DNA of 64,000 nucleotides from Tubulanus polymorphus (Eukaryota; Animalia; Nemertea): NCBI RefSeq assembly GCF_964204645.1, contig NC_134028.1, positions 2,542,001 to 2,606,000 of the forward strand, read 5' to 3'. Shown piece by piece: positions 56,782 to 64,000 of this stretch (position 1 is its first letter; each line of letters starts with the position of its first letter). The notes under the pieces were generated by a model. It saw only the letters and a program-made list of their open reading frames with translations, ran no database searches and was not told where the DNA came from. The position numbers and the translations under genes were made by a program.

Positions 56782-58709
56782 AACAATATACATAGTTTAC
56801 CAGTAGAATTGCCTGTTGAAAATGTTCTTATTTACAATAAGAGAGACCCATACCACACAAATAAACTGTTCAGTTCTATTCCTTGAATTCTACGTTCTCA
56901 AAAACAATCGACCCTTTTACATGAATTGAAACCGAATACGAATTTACTGCAAAACTGCGAACAATGGTTCGGTTTATGCGTGACCTTGACCGAGTATTGC
57001 ACTTTTTGAGAGCACAACAGGCACTTTAAATACAATCGGAATATTTTCTCTATACAGCACGGTTTAGATTTCCAGCCCTGAAAGCCGCAAACCTGGTCAA
57101 CAAACCAAATGACAATCAAGCAAAGTTCCCCGGGTAAATTATCAGTCACCCGATCCTGTATCAATTAAACCTGAATTAATTATCAAATATTCACTAATGT
57201 AAAGGATAGAAGATAAAATATGTGAAACCACAGAGAAAACCATAAAAGTTCAATATACTCTAATTATATTTTGATTTACCTTTCATACCACGTATGACTG
57301 AACCCTAAGGCTAGTCGAATGAATACATTCTATCATATCCTTAATATGCCGCAGTGTTTTTCTAAACTATCCCCGAGGCAGTTTGATAATAAACGTAGTA
57401 GTTTCATCAAAAGAAATTGTTTTCTATTATAACAAAATTTCCAGGAAAACCACTTACCCGGCTTCCCCCGTTCAGATAGAAATCCTTAAAACTACCAGTA
57501 ATTAATACCTCAATTAAATTTAGATACGCATCAAGAATGACGAATTGAAACTAAAGGTACCACAAATTTACTCGAATTAAACGACGTCGTTCCCTATGCG
57601 GATATACTACTTTACGCGCAATACTGGTTTTTTATGTCACAAAGACCTCTTGAAATAGAATTCATACAAATGCTTCGGCACAACACATTCATACATATTT
57701 CACGACAGTTCTCATGTACTTACATTTATCATGAAAAAATAGTTACTGATGTAGTTTTTGGCATTTTCAGCGCAGATCTTTACGGTATTTCTTTTTGCCG
57801 CGTTTGTGATGCTCTTTTATAACGAAAGCTTGTTTTCGGAAATACACTCAACACTGTTCCTGAAAATATAATGAGACATGGGGTCTACTTACATATAATA
57901 ATTGGGGCCAGCACTGACAAGCAAATAACTAATTTGCGTTACCATTAGTTTGTCCGCTGCCAAATGACTTAATCAGAGATGTAAATTGTGTTTCGAAATA
58001 ATTACACTATTTAGTATAACATAGAGTTTACATATCCAACCAAACAAAGCAGATTTTAGAGCTTTACTGCCCACCGGTATCAACATGGAGAGTGAATGGA
58101 ATTTAAGTAAATGCATAAACACTTTAAAGAGATGATAAACATTGCTAATACATAATAGTCAATAATATCAAGGCTCAGTTAAACGGTTAAATCTAAGTTT
58201 TAAACAGTGAAATCAATTTATGAAGAAAGTAGCAATAAAAACCCACATTCAATCTCGGTTGTTGATTGTTCTACGTTTGGGGATTTAGACTACGTAGAAG
58301 AATGATTAATCATCACCAGCGCGATACACATTCATCGGCTGCTCTAACTGAGGTTGATTGTGAGCTCGGATGATGATCAAATTGAAAAAGAAAATTTCAA
58401 ATAACAGAAACTTGTAACCAAGTTTCAAGATCGACCCACTCTTAACAAAACTAAAACAGACACAGACAGACAGTATTAGAATAAGGGTCTCATGGAAATC
58501 TCGGAGCCAAAAATTTCAGATAATAAAATTTAAAATGGTTTAGTAATTACAGATAAATGTTTCTAGTTTAGCGATGGATTATCTTCAAAGCTACGATTGA
58601 AGCTAAATTCAGAAATTCTCATGTTTTATTGTTGCTTAATTTGTATGTTTCTAGATATTTGAAGAGCACACACACATGTACTCAAGAGAATCAAGCAGTC
58701 TTCAAAGTT

Positions 58710-59259
58710 ACTAATGTCTATTTATTAATTGATGAGACCTGTTTTTCTGGGATATTTTGCTTACTTTTTGGGGTACATACCTCATTTATGTCTTAACAGA
58801 ATGCCAAAAATCGCGGACAACAACTGAATATCCGATATATTTCCAGTTCTGTACCAATTAGATGGATTGGCAAAAAGACTCCTTAAGTCCAATTGAATGA
58901 GAGAGAAAATCCTCCATTTTGTCAAATTTCTTGAATTTTTACATTGTCACCATGCCTACGAAATGAAGTTATTTTTCTTGTGGGGTCTCAACAACTAAAT
59001 CAGGGTGGCGTAGGCATGGTAACAATGTTCAAATCCAAGAAATTTGACAAAATGGAGGATTTTCTCTCTCATTCAACTGGACTTAAGGAGTCTTTTTACC
59101 AATCCATCTAATTGGTACAGAACTGGAAATATATCGGATATTCAGTTGTTGTCCGCGATTTTTGGCATTCTGTTAAGACATAAATGAGGTATGTACCCCA
59201 AAAAGTAAGCAAAATATCCCAGAAAAACAGGTCTCATCAATTAATAAATAGACATTAGT
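58710..59259. mobile_element. Foldback element: 251-bp inverted arms with a 48-bp spacer
   Basis: 58710-58960 is the reverse complement of 59009-59259 with only a few mismatches; no TSD seen. Confidence 0.9.
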
Positions 59260-61044
59260 CTCCTGCTGCTAGTGTCCAAATTACCGATTCAACTTAGTAA
59301 TTGAATTAGTATTTAAGTTCTAACTATGGACATATTACATATTCAGAATATAAACATACGTAACATCGAGATATGTACATGAAGTACTAAATAATGACAG
59401 AGCGTGATTGATTTCTAGAATACCTATCGATATATCTGAAACAAAGAGACTAAATCGACTTTGGCAATACACCAGATTCTATATCTCTCATGTTAGCTGT
59501 CGTCGTCGTCGTCACTTCGGAAGTGTGATGAATTAACATGTATTTATATGTCTCCGGTACATCGAAGTGATTGCATTAAGCACTGACGAGTGGTCAATCT
59601 ACTCACACGCCCGATGACTGATTTCCAATCCGGCTAATTCTCGCAGAACCCTCCTAGTGGATTATCTGCCTACGCAAAATTGATAGGAATTAGCAGGGAA
59701 ATTAGTGACAAATATCAAGTTCTAGAATTTGGCGAATCTTGCCACAAAATCGACCTGAAAATGAAAGGCTTACAAAATCTGATCAGACTCATGAAAATTG
59801 TTGTTTAAATCAAAGAAATTGCTCTTTTACTTTTTGAGCTAGACATACAAAATCCCGGATACAACATAACAAAACTATATATGGCTATGAATATTGATCA
59901 GACAGTTGATGAAGACATCAATAATAAGAGCAAGCAGAAGTCCACAGCACCACGCATACACATCACGCACCAGCAGCAACATCATTCCGGTGTGACGTCA
60001 ATGTTTAAGACACGCAATTACCCAAACATTGTTCAAGTATAAGCATCTATTATCATTAATGAATTATAACCCAAACAACTATCTAATTTGCATACACATT
60101 TGTGTCCACACCATTCCCAATTCTACACGACACGATCCCTACAGATCAATCATTCAAGGAGTTTCCGAGGAGTTTTTAAGGAAAGAATTTCATATTTCGA
60201 GGAAGTGTCTGCATCACTTTCACCATTAATGCAGTGGTTTATAGCACATTTTTATCCTATACACTACCTCACTCGTAAACTAGGGTCAAAAAGAGAACCT
60301 GGTTCCAACTGTGCTGATATAGGCATAGTTTATTTAATCTACAAATTATCAAGTATATTTTGCCTATTTCTCAAAATTGAAGAAGTTTTATAGGAGTTTT
60401 GAAAGCATTTCAAGTATTTTAAAAAGCATTTTCTGTTAAGAAGGATTTTCTAAGGAATTGAAGAGTTGTAGGTACCCTGCAAGAAAAAGCTTCCAAAAAT
60501 TGCTACTGATTCCCACTAATTAGAAATTCCAAAAAGGACTCAAAGATTTAAGCAAATAGATCAGTAAATCAAGATGGCCACCTTTTCTGTCATCTCAGCA
60601 TACTGTTCTTTTAAGACTGAGTAACCTTGTGCGGTAATCAGGATGTTGGTTGACTTTAAGATGATTAACTATGGAATCATGGTATCACAGTTGGTGCGAT
60701 ACATCAAAGAAATCTCATACTGTGTCGATATATGTATAAATAGTGATACAGTGTATTGATTTTATCGATCATGAATAGATTGTCGACAATTAAACGTATC
60801 CTCCTGATAGATTTAAAATCTCTTCAGCCACGACGAATCCGGTCAGTGGTAAATTAACGCAGTTCCCGTCGTTAGTGAGCTCGAAGCTAAGATGGGATTC
60901 ACTTCCGAACTCTACATCGACGCTTTGTCCACAGGAAATGACCAATTACGCGAATGAATACAAGATTTTCAGCGGCAGATGGAAAATCATCGTTTAATTA
61001 ATACAGTGATAATTGAGAATAAGCATAAAATGCTTCATCATACT

Positions 61045-61281
61045 CAGGGGTGGATTAAGAGGGGCCTTCCCTCTTTTCGATCAAGCAGTGTTGAAAAACA
61101 TAGGGTATAACTAAGGATACCAGAATTCATTTTTTGAAAAAATTCATTTAAAATGCTATCAAATGTCCGCTAAAAAGTATCAGTTTTTTTTTAATTTTCT
61201 GGTGGAGGACCTGTCCGAGTAACAACAATTTCTATTTATTTAAGTGTGCTCTCTTTTTCACATCTTTTATATCCACCCCTG
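61045..61281. mobile_element. MITE with CAGGGGTGGAT...ATCCACCCCTG termini
   Basis: Perfect 11-bp TIR; same terminus type as the elements at 5700 and 29263. Confidence 0.65.
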
Positions 61282-62699
61282 ATACCTTTTAACTTCAATC
61301 AAGTCCAAATAGAAAGATTTAAAAAGAATAGAAAGTTTTGAATTCAAAGCCCTTTTCAAAGAGATGCATAAATCAATGAGATAACTGTTTAAAAATTGGC
61401 AAGATAACTTAATCTAGTATCGAAAAATATCTCTGCATGAAAATATTGGTAATTAGAACCTTTCCGGACAATAATATTGATCAGAGTGTCAGTGTTTGAT
61501 AGCCTGTGCTTCACTGATATCCAGTTACTGTAGGTTGCTAGTATTCTGAAGATGGTATTTATCATCTTTCAGCTCGACTGACTTGAATACAGGTCATTAA
61601 GCATATTTGATTTGAGTTGTGTCATGCAAATTGCTAAGGCAACCATCCTATCCCCTAGCTGCATAGTTTGAGCATAATTGGAAAGGTCGCTGCCTTATTA
61701 AGCTTGTTTCAATCCGGCACGATTTGTCTTACGACAATATTCTGAAATCGAATGAAAGACAAATCCTACATCGGAAATAATGAACCAAAACTGATACATT
61801 TTGCGCAAAACACATTTTTCATACGTGTACCTTTCCTAGAGAATTAAATAACATTATCGCGATATTCATTGCTTGCTGTTACCATAGTGCACGAATCAGT
61901 TTCCAAAAGTGTAACATTCTAATTTTAGACAGCCATTGGTCGATAAAATTGAACTTCATTCCATAAAATTACATGGTTGCGGTGGCTGCATATAATGATG
62001 CTCATGCGCCTCGTCAAAATCAATCCATCCCCAAGTGCACACATAGCCAGTAAGTCGTAATAACGATTAGAAAAATAAGGGAGTGTTCAATATTGACATC
62101 TACTAATGTGTAGCATTATAGATTTCTGAGGACACAAATATATATAATTCATATGTGGCATAAGACGCAATAAGAGCTTGTGTTTTTAAAACATTGAGTC
62201 CAGAAACTTTGGACAACGGTTATCAAATAGTAATGCCCTACGATTTAGTACCGACAACTCACATTTAGTGAATACGCATCAGGCATTTTATGAATAATTC
62301 AAAATAGTGAAATCAATGATTCCGATAAGCGCTGATACTCGTAATTTTAGAATGAATTGGAAAGTGAACCGTCACATACACTTGAATCATTGAATATATG
62401 TACATATTTGACATGTTTTCAAATCAGTAATTTACACATTGGTGGAAGCTGGGAAAACAGTATTTACTCATCTAAACACTAAACACATGTTATAAGTATC
62501 ACAGGTGCCAAAATTTAGATCATAGTGACTCAATGAATCATACATATGACAGTACAGAAACAAAAACAAAATTTTTTTATAGCTGAAACACAATTAATTT
62601 TTCGATCAAAAGAATTCAAAAACGATATACGTAAATACTATCCAAGCGATCATAAACATAAAGCAGAAAATAACGAGAATATGCCAGCTATTTACTTAC

Positions 62700-62900
62700 C
62701 GACATAATTGTTGTACTTCGGAATATTTGTCGAAAAATTCCTGGCTCGATGTATGGAGGCGGTTTTTTGATGCAGACTCGCGATTCTCGTGACTACTGCT
62801 GCGCTGCTGAGCGGATCACAATCGGTAAAAGCAACGATTATGCAGCATCACTAGTCGTCAACCAATTTCTGCTTCGTAGTCGTCGCGGCGACCAATCAAC
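62700..62900 (-). promoter_or_regulatory. Candidate distal first exon and promoter of SLC5A7 (ATG TCG then GTAAGT donor)
   Basis: Minus-strand ATGTCG|GTAAGT at 62705-62700 is phase 0 and in frame with the acceptor at 51591 (MS|VVKMLN). A CpG-richer region with CCAAT motifs lies upstream. Confidence 0.5.
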
Positions 62901-64000
62901 TACGAGCGAACGCTATCAATGAACAGATTGAAGAAAAGTCGTTACATCTTTAAAACATACAAGAAATACATAATAGCAACGATTCATCTTATTTACGCAC
63001 CGGGAAAATCAGTTTTCTCAAATCTCACTTTTTCGTCCTTCGTGCAGAGCTTGTTACTGATATAGTGATAACATCGGCTAAAACAAGTGAATCTATTTCC
63101 TTGTAAGCAATTCACCGACAGGAATCAATCAATAATTGATTGATCGGAAATATTCGCGAGATGATATTTTCGAGATGCTTTCTACATGTCAAAACGCTTC
63201 ATTTATGTCAAACAGCATTCAATTGAGTTGTGCAGCTTTATTGATTAACCGCGTTAATAAAATCTATCGTTTCGAAGGAATCAAAACGTTTTAGGTTATT
63301 GATAGCAGAAATATTTTTCATATACTCATGAATTCTGATAAGGCCGCACTGTTAATAGGATAATACGATGTATTGAGTGGACATAAATTGAGGGTTCACA
63401 CATAGGAGGCATACAGCGGGTACTACACATATCAAATGTGACAAAATCTTTAAGCAATAATAGAATTCAACTTACCAATCATTTCTTTGATAATCCTATT
63501 CCTTACCATTGCAATAGAACAAGGTTTTAACGATATGTCCGGTTGTATATCACTGTGTTAGTTTGATACACAATTTATCTTTTAGCTTAGAGTAATCTTC
63601 ATCTCTTCATCCGATCGGGTGACAAAAAACTCCAATGTAGCAGTCGTGGTGGCTTACTAAATTTCTTAATAACTATCTACAAACGACACCATTTTCATAG
63701 ATGCAATCGCAAGCAACATTTTATTCATCTGAGTGATTGCTACATAAGATAAATGAACGAATGAAATATATTCTAAGAATATATGAAATATTTGATATAT
63801 GAATTCAATTAATGTCTCGATTCATATGAAGTTTTTGAATGTGCAAATCCGACAGTGTCTGTAACAGGGAGACCAGAATAATCACTAGAAGGTGGTTCCA
63901 TACTTTCTTCGGGTTCCCCTTTTCGCCCGGAAATAGCAATGTCTTGCGACAAGTTCCAAGGCATTATCATAATATCGTAAAATTCGATCGCCGGCTCGGG

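Noticed and set aside
51600-64000. Nested ChAT/VAChT cholinergic locus genes near SLC5A7
   Set aside because: No ORF or exon with acyltransferase or SLC18 motifs was seen.

Overview
AT-rich metazoan (probably lophotrochozoan invertebrate) genomic DNA with intron-rich genes; most of the supplied ORFs are exon fragments or noise. In order along the window: (1) a 6.09-kb Mutator/MULE-type DNA transposon (551-6640; 44-bp TIRs, perfect 9-bp TSD GTAAACAAT) with a disrupted DDE transposase, spliced SGNH-hydrolase-like and C2H2-finger-like exons and an internal satellite; (2) an SH2D4-like gene (+); (3) an intronless SBK1-like kinase (-); (4) an SLC16 monocarboxylate transporter (-); (5) three tandem genes for secreted ShK-like/ShK-like/Sushi proteins (+); (6) Njmu-R1/C17orf75 (+), with a U12-type intron; (7) directly after it, an FAD synthase exon with no start exon of its own, in splice phase with Njmu-R1 donors; (8) the high-affinity choline transporter SLC5A7 (-), with candidate distant first exons, RFX X-boxes and an intronic 251-bp-arm foldback element. 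The best candidates for something new are the Njmu-R1/FAD-synthase shared transcription unit, the SGNH-carrying MULE and the ShK-ShK-Sushi cluster. All gene models were read by eye and need RNA-seq confirmation.
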